64,000 bases of DNA from a virus. Positions 46,313 to 56,700 of the stretch are shown one piece after another. The notes beneath the pieces are model-generated. The model was given only the letters and a program-made list of their open reading frames with translations, was not told where the DNA came from and made no database searches. The stretch is taken from the IMG/VR virus record IMGVR_UViG_3300036770_004485; one strand, written 5' to 3'. Both the position numbers and the translations under genes were made by a program. Within the stretch, counting starts at the first letter, position 1. Each line of letters begins with the position of its first letter.

Positions 46313-49300
46313 TTAACTCAGAGCTAGGATGAATGGTGTGATCTCCGAGAATAAACTTCTTGAAAATGCTCTACCACTAATTGTACCGGTATTTTGATTT
46401 ATTTGCAAACCATCTCCAATTCTAAAATTGCCTGCTTGATCCGTACTAGTATATACAACTTTTCCACCATCCACAGTAACAACTTCATTTGCTTGTACTG
46501 TTACTCCACCAAGTCTTGGAGTCGCTTGTTGAATTGTATTTCCAGATCCAACATATTCGAAAGTGTGAGAACTAGCAACGATTCTACTTACTTGGTAAAA
46601 ATATGCTGTTGTTCCTGCACTTACAGAATTTAGTAAATTCTCCTCAAGAGTTATAGTGGAAATTCCAGATATTGGAGTGGTCGAACTATTTATTGTATAG
46701 TAAATGGGAGACATTGATGCAACTGCCGTTGCTTGAGTTCCTGATAGTGGTGGATCTATTGTAATTGTTGGAGTGGATTCGTATTGAGTTCCACTTGAAA
46801 TAATAGTAATCGAATCAATTTTATCTCCATTCAAAGTGGCAAACGCTGTTGCCGCAGTTCCACTTGGTCCTGTTGGAGCGGCAATGATTACATTTGGAGT
46901 TACTGTATATCCAGATCCAACATTTGAAAGAGTAATTGTATTGATAGATTGATATAACTTGTCAAAATAAACTACTTGACCATCGTAGGGTCTTTCTGTT
47001 CCAAGACCAGAAATAGTTATTTGATCCTGCGCTGCAGCGGTTGTAATTCCTACAGAAGCACTAACAAACTGTCTTTCTCCAACTCCCCTGGCAACAAGAC
47101 CATAAGTTCCAAAACTAGAGTTACTATTTGTAAGATCAACCTGACCACCAGTATCACACGTAATCGCTTCATTGCAGCAGATAGTGAATACAGAAACTAA
47201 CTGAGCAAATCCTCCATTAGTTACTGCAACTCCAACTCCTCCTTGATTATACTGTGTATAACTATCGCAAACCATTGATTTCAATGATTCTGCTTGATTT
47301 CCATCAATTCTCAATCCTGTACCAGTAGTTGTATTACTAGTGCAGTTTTGAATGTATGGACTTTCCCAACTTCCTCCGTCTTGATTATTTGCAATACCAG
47401 TGGTTGGAAAAGCAACCGCAGCTGCTGGTGCAACATGATTTGTAAAAGTCATGTTTGCAATATAACAACCTTTTCTTACATGGAAAAGATCTTGATTTGC
47501 AGTATTGGGACTTACAGTTACGGTTTTTAAGTCATCACCTACGATAGAAACAAATGCAGGAATTTCAATTGGATTACTCTCCAGATAATTTCCTGCTTTG
47601 ACTCTAATTGTCGTACCAGTTGTTGCAATGCCAACGGCAGCTGCAATTGTCAAAAATGCATTATCAATAGAGGTTCCATTATTGGAGTCATTTCCATCTT
47701 TTGCAACATAAATGACGTTCGGAGCAGAGTTGATACCTGTCCCACTAATGGTAATATCGCCTAAATTGATACTATTATTATTACCATCGATAGTAACTGA
47801 TGCTGTACCGATAGTAATAATTCCTGTTACGCGAGCATTGCCATTAACAATCAAAGCAGTTGTAGCTGATCCTGCATTGACAATCAAACCATCTCTAAAT
47901 GTACCAATTCCAAGGGAATCTACATTTGTTACATCCTCATACGTTACTGTGCCTGCTACAGAAATATTTCCTGTAATGTACGTATCACCTTGAACATATA
48001 GTGCATAATCTTGCCTAGCAGTGGTTGCAATTCCAACATTTTTTGTTGTATGAATACCTGCAGTACCTACTGCCCATGTGCCAGCAGCTCCAACTGCTTG
48101 TCTATTATTTCTCCAAAGACCAGAGCTTGAATCATAATTTAGAACATCCTCATTCTGCAATGTAGATGTGTTTATTGCTACATTAGATAACTGATCAATG
48201 AGAGTTACTCCAATTCCTGTTGAAGGAACTGTTTTCCACTTATTTGAAGACGAGTTCCATCTAAGAACATATCCATCAGACAATCCAGTAATATCTACAT
48301 CATCAAGATCTCTGATAAATCCAGCACCACCACCACCTATGGCAGCAAGTTGTGTTTGAATTCGATTTATGAATACTCTATAGTGATTAGAAAGATCATC
48401 TAACGTGGCAAATTTTTGATCTAAAGGTGTAAGTGGATCTGAATTATTTTCAGTAGGAGGTTCGCTGAGTAAGTATCCTTCTTGAAGGTCCTGTTGTTTT
48501 TCTTTTATTTCCTCAATCAGAACTTTAAGATCACTTACTTCAGAAAGTTTTTCTCTAATGTCTTTTAGTTCTTCTTCATAATATTTTGGTTTTGGAAGTG
48601 ACTTTATTTTATCCTGAAGAACTTCTACTTCGCTATCAAGTTTATTTCCGAAAGACTCAGTTGTTTCTAAAAATTTCTGTTCTAACTTTGAGACAATTTC
48701 TAGGGTTGTGCTTTTGAATGAATCTAAATTGTCTTCCGTTACAATTTCAAATTCTTTTTGATTATCTTTTAGTTTCTTTTGAAGATTCCAAATTACTTGA
48801 GATTGTTCTTTTAGTTGATCAAATATTTCTTTTTTTACAGTAGAAACTCTTTCATGAATTGTTTTGAAATCTGTTTTTATTTCGAAACTTTCTACATCAT
48901 TTTGTTCAATGAGTTTATTGAGTTCTGTTTGAACCTGTTCAGATACTGTTTCTACAGAATCTCTTATAATTCTAAAATTTTCATCAATAACATTGAAGGT
49001 TTTACCAATCCACGAAAAGTCGGGTACTTCATTTACATTTTGAATCCACTGAGGAAGTTCTGGAATTGAACTTTTTACATTCTCAATAGATTCCTTTATT
49101 AATTCTAATTCATCTTCATAATATCGTATTTCAGGAACTACAGGAATACTTTCCTTTACATTATCGATGATATCGCATATTGCTTCAAGTTCCTTATCGT
49201 AATTCTTAATTTCTGGTATTTCTGGGATGCTCTCACGAACATCATTAATCATACGTACCAGTTCGACCCAAGGTTCTGGTTTTACTAGATCTTCAACTTC

Positions 49301-49453
49301 TATAAAAGTGTTTCCTTCTGCATCTTCTATAGTTTGAATATCTTGTTCTTCCTCAATAAATTCTTCTACAGAAGGAAGAATTTCTGGTTGCCCAAGTATT
49401 TCCTCAATAGAAGGTAAATCTTTATTTTCAGAATAATTATGTTCCTCGGGCAT
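46313..49453 (-). CDS. Tail fiber/spike-like protein with pectin-lyase-like beta-helix
   Basis: Acidic coiled-coil N-terminus; GGGGAGFIRDLDDVD linker; IYVAKDGNDSN..TIAAA..V.AGNY.E..V.IVG; repeated SYTQYNQGG beta-helix pattern. Confidence 0.75.
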   Translation of the reverse strand: MPEEHNYSENKDLPSIEEILGQPEILPSVEEFIEEEQDIQTIEDAEGNTFIEVEDLVKPEPWVELVRMINDVRESIPEIPEIKNYDKELEAICDIIDNVKESIPVVPEIRYYEDELELIKESIENVKSSIPELPQWIQNVNEVPDFSWIGKTFNVIDENFRIIRDSVETVSEQVQTELNKLIEQNDVESFEIKTDFKTIHERVSTVKKEIFDQLKEQSQVIWNLQKKLKDNQKEFEIVTEDNLDSFKSTTLEIVSKLEQKFLETTESFGNKLDSEVEVLQDKIKSLPKPKYYEEELKDIREKLSEVSDLKVLIEEIKEKQQDLQEGYLLSEPPTENNSDPLTPLDQKFATLDDLSNHYRVFINRIQTQLAAIGGGGAGFIRDLDDVDITGLSDGYVLRWNSSSNKWKTVPSTGIGVTLIDQLSNVAINTSTLQNEDVLNYDSSSGLWRNNRQAVGAAGTWAVGTAGIHTTKNVGIATTARQDYALYVQGDTYITGNISVAGTVTYEDVTNVDSLGIGTFRDGLIVNAGSATTALIVNGNARVTGIITIGTASVTIDGNNNSINLGDITISGTGINSAPNVIYVAKDGNDSNNGTSIDNAFLTIAAAVGIATTGTTIRVKAGNYLESNPIEIPAFVSIVGDDLKTVTVSPNTANQDLFHVRKGCYIANMTFTNHVAPAAAVAFPTTGIANNQDGGSWESPYIQNCTSNTTTGTGLRIDGNQAESLKSMVCDSYTQYNQGGVGVAVTNGGFAQLVSVFTICCNEAITCDTGGQVDLTNSNSSFGTYGLVARGVGERQFVSASVGITTAAAQDQITISGLGTERPYDGQVVYFDKLYQSINTITLSNVGSGYTVTPNVIIAAPTGPSGTAATAFATLNGDKIDSITIISSGTQYESTPTITIDPPLSGTQATAVASMSPIYYTINSSTTPISGISTITLEENLLNSVSAGTTAYFYQVSRIVASSHTFEYVGSGNTIQQATPRLGGVTVQANEVVTVDGGKVVYTSTDQAGNFRIGDGLQINQNTGTISGRAFSRSLFSEITPFILALS

Positions 49454-49471
49454 TTTTAGTCACAGTTTTAT

Positions 49472-49885
49472 CTATTTATTTTGAGACTTTTGCATATCTT
49501 TTAGCATCTTAGTCAAATCCGCAGTTGAACCAACAAATAATGCATTAGTGACGTTTGTTGGACCCTTTTGAATATCTTCTTCAATGTCCTTCAATTTTTT
49601 CTGAAGATCCATTAGTTTATCCGTGGCATCAGAGACACTTTTTATAAGTTGACCAGCAACTTCATACGCTCTTGGCATATCACTTTCTTGGGCAAGTTCA
49701 AGAATGCCGTTGATTGCCTCTTGACCTTTCTCTATGATACTATAAAGATTTCCTCTCGTGTACTCGTAATCTTTTCTAACGTCACTTTTTTCTGTAGTCG
49801 TAATTGATTTAATATCAACCTCTTTTGCCGATTCTACAATTTCCCCAGCAACATCGAAAGTTTTGTTTAGGTCATCATACTTCAT
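49472..49885 (-). CDS. gp16: Terminase small subunit gp16
   Basis: DYEYTRGNL, SDMPRAYEVAGQL, NALFVGST. Confidence 0.93.
   Translation of the reverse strand: MKYDDLNKTFDVAGEIVESAKEVDIKSITTTEKSDVRKDYEYTRGNLYSIIEKGQEAINGILELAQESDMPRAYEVAGQLIKSVSDATDKLMDLQKKLKDIEEDIQKGPTNVTNALFVGSTADLTKMLKDMQKSQNK
49473..49480 (-). promoter_or_regulatory. Late promoter AATAAATA in the gp16 QNK* codons
   Basis: 20 nt upstream of the 1046-aa ATG. Confidence 0.7.
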
Positions 49886-50931
49886 ACATCAGTACCTTCA
49901 GATGGGCTATATTCCTTGAAGTCTTGGAAGAACGATACGGTTTCATTGAAACCAAAATCATCTCCAATCTCAATCAATGCATCATCAGCAGCATTGAGAA
50001 TATTTACTCCAGATCCTCCAACGTGAGAGGATGCTATAGTTCCATCTTGACCTCTTCTGACTATGAGACTATTTCCATTGATAGATTCAATGTAAAGTTC
50101 TTCGTCATTAATTGTAATGTAAGTAGACGCAGATAAAGCGGATGAATCTGCAACAGAAACAATGTTGTCTTCGGAATCAATGTCCTGCGACAAGTATGTA
50201 GTCGCATCTCCAGTGTAGTTTTGTGTTGCTCTTGGAGTTACTGAGTAACGAAGTTCTCTGCGTGGATTCTTTGTGTCCATACCAGACATATAATCCAAAG
50301 TAGCTCTTTTGATAATACCAGCAGTCTGATCTGGAACAGGACCAAACAAAAATGTTTTTGCAGTAAATGATAATGTATAAATTAGTGCTCTTCTGGTTGA
50401 ATAATCACCTTCATAATCGTCAGTAAAATTTACACTATCCAATATAATAGGAACATCTCTCTTTTCGTTTATATCTCCTGCAAGAGTGATTGTTATATTA
50501 TATGAAGGTTGAAAATATGGTAAAATTTGTTCTACAATTTGTAATGCGTCGTCATTAAGTTTTACCATAATATTCAATTCAAATTCCATATTATATGGAA
50601 CCGGCATATACATCTTTTTTATAGATGTAGAGTCGCTAGTTTTCTTTGTGAGAAATGTTTGAGTTTGTGTTACTTTTCTTGTTGGATCATAGTTTAATCC
50701 AGTGAACTCAAATGACATTCTAGGAAGTGTAATTTGAGTTGGTTTGTTCAGATTTGGATTTTGTTCCACTCTCGCAAGAAACTTTTGTGTTGGTCCATAT
50801 GCTAAAGGAACCTTCATTACACTAACTGAGGAACCATTATCATCAAAGTGCTTAACAGTTATATTATTAAATAATGTTCCAAATCCTATGACAGTTCTCC
50901 TCAGAACCTCATTGTAAAAGTATCCAAACAT
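49882..50931 (-). CDS. gp15: Tail sheath stabilizer/completion protein gp15
   Basis: MFGYFYNEVLRR..FGTLFN, VPLAYGP, LPRMSFE, IVEQILPYFQP. Confidence 0.94.
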   Translation of the reverse strand: MFGYFYNEVLRRTVIGFGTLFNNITVKHFDDNGSSVSVMKVPLAYGPTQKFLARVEQNPNLNKPTQITLPRMSFEFTGLNYDPTRKVTQTQTFLTKKTSDSTSIKKMYMPVPYNMEFELNIMVKLNDDALQIVEQILPYFQPSYNITITLAGDINEKRDVPIILDSVNFTDDYEGDYSTRRALIYTLSFTAKTFLFGPVPDQTAGIIKRATLDYMSGMDTKNPRRELRYSVTPRATQNYTGDATTYLSQDIDSEDNIVSVADSSALSASTYITINDEELYIESINGNSLIVRRGQDGTIASSHVGGSGVNILNAADDALIEIGDDFGFNETVSFFQDFKEYSPSEGTDV

Positions 50932-50967
50932 TACACTTTCCGCGTTAATAATAACTATTTAACAATT

Positions 50968-52338
50968 TTACACCTCTCCAAATGGATTTTTCTGAGAAAA
51001 GTCCAAAATAGCATCTGCCTCAGACTGAATGACATCATTTTCGGCATATGTGTCAAGAAGATCATCCGTGTTAGATCGTTGTAAAGTATAAACTGCTCCA
51101 GACTCTGAACCAGTAATTGTTTCTCCTGAGGTGAATGTTCCATCTGCAATTGAAACTTTTAAGGTTTTATCTAAAGCATTCCAAACTTTTACTCTACCTT
51201 GAGTTCCAGAAATAGATCCAGTCACAACTTCATTATAAATGAAATCACCAGATCCAATCATAGAAGGATTTGAAATAGTTATAATCGGAGATGTTGTATA
51301 TCCATAACCAGCGTTTGAAATTCTAATAGCAGTTATTGTTCCAGATGATGAAACAACGGCTTCTCCAATTGCAGTAATACCAGCACCAGGAGAACTAAAT
51401 GTAACTGTTGGTGTTGTGGAGTATCCAGAACCACTATTCGTAATAGTAATTATTCCAACTCCTCCAGTTGTTGCAATTCCCACAGTTGTTGCTGCACCAG
51501 ATCCTCCTCCACCAACAAAAACTACAGATGGAGGAACTGTATACCCATACCCTGGGTTTGTAAGTAAAACTTGTTTAATTGAGGATTGTGTTGCAAGTCC
51601 AACTTTGGATGTTGTTATTGCAACTGCGGTGGCCGTAAATCCACCAGAAGATGCAGAAGATATTGCAACTATTGGTGTTGAAGTATATCCAAAACCATCA
51701 TTTAGCAATCTAATAAATTGCAATCCACCATTTACAAATGTTGCTGTTGCTGTTGCTGTTACTCCAACGCCGAGTAATGTAAGAGTTTCGGTATAACCTG
51801 CATCTTGCATACTGTCGTCAATATTATTGATTCCAGTGTCAATAACTTCGTCTTCATACCTAAACAACTCACACCTCATTTCATAGGTGTAAAGTTTTTG
51901 TAGTTGATAGAATGGATTTGCGTAATCAATATACTTAATTTCATACAATCTATCGTCAAGAGGAAAATAAATTAAATCTCCTTCTTTTGGTCTCTTTGAT
52001 AGTTTTATGTTTTGTTCATTTTTTATTAGTGGTTGAATATAATTTTCCCATCTTTCTCTTGATATAATCAATGTTACATCATCCTGTTCCATCACTCCAA
52101 ATTTTGAGAGTATGGTTCCAGCACCTTCATACCCTTCAGATTTTACATATGCCTCTATTGGATATGCATCATCAAACTTAGATTGAATAACTTCTTTGAT
52201 AACTGTATTTTGAGTTACATATTTTCTAGGAATATAATAGATTTCAACTCCATACATGCGAAGTTGTTCATTAATGAGGTCTTGAACAAGACCTTGTTCT
52301 CCTCTAGTTCCCTGAGTAAAGTATGGATTTAGGGTCAT
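50968..52338 (-). CDS. gp14: Neck protein gp14 with inserted beta-repeat domain
   Basis: LNPYF..EQGLVQDLINEQLRMYG, PKEGDLIYFP, FYQLQKLY; C-terminal DFSQKNPFG. Confidence 0.92.
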   Translation of the reverse strand: MTLNPYFTQGTRGEQGLVQDLINEQLRMYGVEIYYIPRKYVTQNTVIKEVIQSKFDDAYPIEAYVKSEGYEGAGTILSKFGVMEQDDVTLIISRERWENYIQPLIKNEQNIKLSKRPKEGDLIYFPLDDRLYEIKYIDYANPFYQLQKLYTYEMRCELFRYEDEVIDTGINNIDDSMQDAGYTETLTLLGVGVTATATATFVNGGLQFIRLLNDGFGYTSTPIVAISSASSGGFTATAVAITTSKVGLATQSSIKQVLLTNPGYGYTVPPSVVFVGGGGSGAATTVGIATTGGVGIITITNSGSGYSTTPTVTFSSPGAGITAIGEAVVSSSGTITAIRISNAGYGYTTSPIITISNPSMIGSGDFIYNEVVTGSISGTQGRVKVWNALDKTLKVSIADGTFTSGETITGSESGAVYTLQRSNTDDLLDTYAENDVIQSEADAILDFSQKNPFGEV

Positions 52339-53174
52339 TATCCGATCATGTCCAGAGGTGGAATTTCGTATGTTGAAAGCATCTGTTCTCTGATCTTATC
52401 CAATTCAATAACCGCATCATCGTAAATTTGCCTTCCATTTAGTTCAACTCCACCGGGTAGTTTGACTCCTTGGAATTTAATCAGATTTTGTCCCCACTGT
52501 TTTTTCATAAGAGAAGTAAGGTACATCTTCAAAAATCTGTCATTATAAACTTTGGTAAAATCATTAGGATCTAATACTCTCCAACAATCAATAATTAACC
52601 AATCACCAACTGCTAAATCTCCAAAATCTACATCCAAATATAATCTTTGCTGCCTAATATTAAATCTTATTTGCTTTTCAGTATTCAATAGAAAATCAAT
52701 GTCCTCTAACTTTGTTTTTACCATTGAATATGTTAGTAATTCTAATGAATCAAAATAATAAACATCATTTAGAAAAAGTTGATACTTTACACTAAACATG
52801 TTATTAGAAACAGTTTGTGAACCATCATATTTGAATATTTTATTTACACCAATAACTGAATCAGGAAGTTTTATATAATTACTATTTTCTTTGTATGTGA
52901 ACGTTCCTAAAGTATCATTTACAGTTGTATTTACAATACCAGCAGTTGGATCATTTCCAGAGGGTGCTCTACCTCTATTAATATCTGCTTGTGTTATTTG
53001 ATATTTCAAATACATTTGCATGACGCCATCATAGTGACGTTCTTGCCAAAATTGAATAGCATCATCTACTAGATCATCGATCTGTTCGTCCGCAATATTG
53101 ATTTCTAAAACAGGCGCACCAAGTTGTCTTAGACAATAATCAATTAGACCAGATCTGTTTGATGGTTTAGACAT
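52338..53174 (-). CDS. gp13: Neck protein gp13
   Basis: YCLRQLGAPVLEIN, QWGQNLIKF.GVKLPGGVELNG. Confidence 0.94.
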   Translation of the reverse strand: MSKPSNRSGLIDYCLRQLGAPVLEINIADEQIDDLVDDAIQFWQERHYDGVMQMYLKYQITQADINRGRAPSGNDPTAGIVNTTVNDTLGTFTYKENSNYIKLPDSVIGVNKIFKYDGSQTVSNNMFSVKYQLFLNDVYYFDSLELLTYSMVKTKLEDIDFLLNTEKQIRFNIRQQRLYLDVDFGDLAVGDWLIIDCWRVLDPNDFTKVYNDRFLKMYLTSLMKKQWGQNLIKFQGVKLPGGVELNGRQIYDDAVIELDKIREQMLSTYEIPPLDMIG

Positions 53175-53193
53175 ATCACGAGTCCTCCTATCC

Positions 53194-53200
53194 TATTTAG
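53194..53200 (-). promoter_or_regulatory. Late promoter variant CTAAATA for gp13
   Basis: Overlaps the upstream stop; GGAGG SD downstream. Confidence 0.65.
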
Positions 53201-53571
53201 ATAGATGAAGTAATTCCTGCTTTGACCATCAAATCTCCTTCGATAATTCTATAAATCGTAGTTCCACTATTAACTAATACATCATAGCGATATCTTCCTT
53301 CTTTCAATCCAACAGTATTTGCCGCAGTCAATCCTAAAGTTATTCTGCCAGTCGTAATTCCAACAGAAAAAGTTCTGAGAGCATAATTTGATGCACCAAC
53401 TCCAACCGATTTTGCTAATTTTGCAGATCCAGTATAACCAGAAAAATTAAACGATGTACCACCTATTGTTGTTACACTATAATTTGCAACAAAACTGGCA
53501 CCTGTTGAAATTACTTGATTTATTGCGTAAGGAACCCCTGATGAAGGATCAAATGTAAAAGATGCGTCCAT
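53197..53571 (-). CDS. Small Ig-like structural protein
   Basis: 124 aa; ITLGLTAANT..L.EGRYRYDVLV..IEG pattern. Confidence 0.7.
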   Translation of the reverse strand: MDASFTFDPSSGVPYAINQVISTGASFVANYSVTTIGGTSFNFSGYTGSAKLAKSVGVGASNYALRTFSVGITTGRITLGLTAANTVGLKEGRYRYDVLVNSGTTIYRIIEGDLMVKAGITSSI

Positions 53572-53789
53572 TACTTTTCTGCTAGTTTGAGTAAAAGATT
53601 TTTGATATCTAAAATATCATTTTTTAATGAGTCTATTTCGCTTTTCAAGACTCCCATTTCACTTTTCTCTGCATCATGATTTGCTTTCCGAATAAAATAA
53701 TTTTTGTAGGCACTATTATTTGAATTTATAATGGCCCCTGTACTAGCATCCCTTCTTAAGTTTGGATGTCCTTCTACTTTATATTTCAT
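53571..53789 (-). CDS. Small conserved T4-like hypothetical protein
   Basis: KVEGHPNLRRDASTGAIIN then a short coiled coil. Confidence 0.8.
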   Translation of the reverse strand: MKYKVEGHPNLRRDASTGAIINSNNSAYKNYFIRKANHDAEKSEMGVLKSEIDSLKNDILDIKNLLLKLAEK

Positions 53790-56700
53790 CGAACTGCAAT
53801 TACACGTAGATCTTTAATCTTGGGTGGTTGTGCTTGATTTGTACCAGACATGATGATCTTGATTGAGAATGCTGTAAATTCAGGAAGATCATCAACAAAG
53901 AATTCATAATCTTTATATTCACCTGGTTTGCTTGGAGTCACATAAGCATTTGGAAGACCATTATTGTTTGATTTGTCAATAATGTTTCCAAGATCGTCGA
54001 TATTATTGTAACCTGGGAATAAATCATAAGGAACAGAATCAATATTTGCATCATTAGTGTATATTTTATAAAGAACTCTTATATCGGATGATTCATGCCT
54101 ATATGCACTAAACAGAACTTTGATTGAGTTTGCTGGATTTGATAAATCAACTTTTTTAGTGATATAAACTGCAGAGTTTGGATCTCTTCCCGTTATGGTG
54201 ACAGAATTATCAGTTGTATAGTCACTTATTGGCATATTTAAGCGATTAGATGTAAACACCATGTTTACTCGATCCAAATCAACGGCAGGAGAAACAAAAG
54301 AATTGTTGCTATTGAATTCTAAGTCAAAAGTAAATGATCTATTAGCTGGAAGATTTGTAAGTATTGAATCCTCATTCAGTTTTGAAGCAACGATTCTTGG
54401 TGTAGATAAATCATTTGGTTTATCTAAAGAAACTGACTCATAACCCAAATCTACAAATGGGGATTCAACTCCATCAACACTTGTTGCACTAGTAGTTCTG
54501 ACACTTGCATTCAAACTAGTTCCAGGCAAGATTAGTGTTTGAACGTTTGGAGTAATTGTCTCAAATTGAATGTTCTTAGTGGAAGTAACGGTATCACCGC
54601 CAACTTTTTTAGTAGAATTAAAATAAAGTTTTGGATGACCTGCATTTGTTGATCTATCAATTCCGTTTGTAGACGTATCAATTTTTACATAGAAATTATC
54701 AAGTTCTCTAGCATTTTCTACTGTTGCATCTCCCAAAGTATGAACTTTATTGATTCTTCTTAAAGAAATTCCATTAAGTTCATACTTGGTTATGTATTCG
54801 CCAGCATTATGTAAGAATGAACCACTATTATCAATATTTCTTGATATACCCGTTAGTTCTGATCCGTTAACTCCTGTATAAGAGATAATTTCATTTCCTA
54901 ATAATGCATATCCTGGATTTGTTGTTCCAACGCCAACGTTTTCAAAAATTTCAAACTTAGAGGTATTTGCAATTGCAATATTTGAGGCAGCGGTTTGATC
55001 CACATTTGCAACAATTGTCGTTGGTCTCATATCCGATCTTATATTCGTCAATTTAACGACATTTGACGACGAATACATTCCATGATTTCTATTTCTCACA
55101 TTCAAATGCAAACCATCATATAAAGAATTTTCAGTAATTGAATCAGCAACAACCCCTGTCAAAACTGTTACTGCACCAGTAGATTGATTTCTATACGTTA
55201 TAGTAGATGCTGAACCAGTATTGAATATACCTTGAACAGAATCAAGTTCAATTGAATTGATTGCCGAAATAATACCAACACTTAGTCTTGCATTTCTTCC
55301 TAGTGTACTACTTCCAAGAGTTGTAATACCTAGTTCATCACCAACCGAATAACCGGTTCCACCATTTGTTATAAAACAGGAAGTTATTCCGCCATTATTT
55401 ACTGTAACACTAGCAGTAGCATTTTTTCCATATCCCGATAAAGTAGTCAATGAAACATTGGTATATGTTTCAATACCACTGCTTGGAGTATAACCAATAC
55501 CCGCATTAATAATACCAACCGAATTTCCTAATCCTATGGCACCATATGTGTCTATTACGACTCCAGAAGCTGTAATATTGTTTACTTGGGAGATGTTTAT
55601 ACCTTGTACAACAATTGCTTCTTGAGCAGAACTTAGAGTAGTACCTAATCCAACTATTATTCTCTTTGAAAGAACCTCTACGGGATTTTCTCCAAGTTTT
55701 ACAATTCCACCATTTCCTAGAGAAAGAATTGGATTATAGAATGTAGCATTTGCTCTAGTATTTGTTGTAAACTGAGCTCTATACATTGTAAATTTGATAT
55801 CTTCAAACTGACTTGCATCCCATGTGGAACCATTCTGTGACTTGAAGAGAGATCCTAGTAAAGGCTGTTGTGCAATGACCGGACGAGGAGCGTCTGGATT
55901 CGTCAAGGAATTTGTTATATCCTCTTCACCCATTCTCGATATCCAAACCCCATAATTTGGAGTATCTGCAAGAAGAACAAATGAGTATTCGGTATTACCT
56001 TTCAGATAAACTGGAGACTTGAAGGTGAATTTTGTAGGAATAGATGCATCATCTGAAATATTGACTTCCGATGGCATAAGATCAAGTTCGCTAAATGGAA
56101 CTACTGAAGTTGTTGGAGTTCCGTCACGCATGGTTCTAATTTGCATGGTGACGGGAAGAACGGTATCTTTCGCTTGGAAAAATACTTCAATTGCAGTTAT
56201 AAATGCACCTTCAGCAGAATTGATAAAGAATGATTGTGCTAATGGATCCCTAGGAGAACTACAGTTGCTAGTAAATGCTGTTTGTGTTGAACCTAGATTT
56301 GCAGTAGCAATTAGATTTCCACCGGCATCAAAATTGTATGATCTTCCACCACCACTGGATCTACCACCTCTAGAACTAGAACTAGAACTACTTCTATAAC
56401 TTCTTGAGGAAGTACCGCTAATTCTGGTTGAAGTATATAAAGTTCTTGTTGATCCAAGATTTCCAGTTGGAATCAATCTTCCACTAGAATCAAAGTTATA
56501 AATTCTTCCTCCACTTCTGTCAGGTGTTCTAGTTCTTCCCTCAAATCCTCTCGTTCCTCCTGCTCTGCGACTTGATGAACTGGATGGAGATGTAGCTCCG
56601 CATTCTCTTGGTGCTCCAGGTCTTGTAAGAAGAGCAGCAGTGTTATAAATTAAACCAGCTTCATAATCACCAACTGCTCTAGCATATTCTGTGTATGAAC

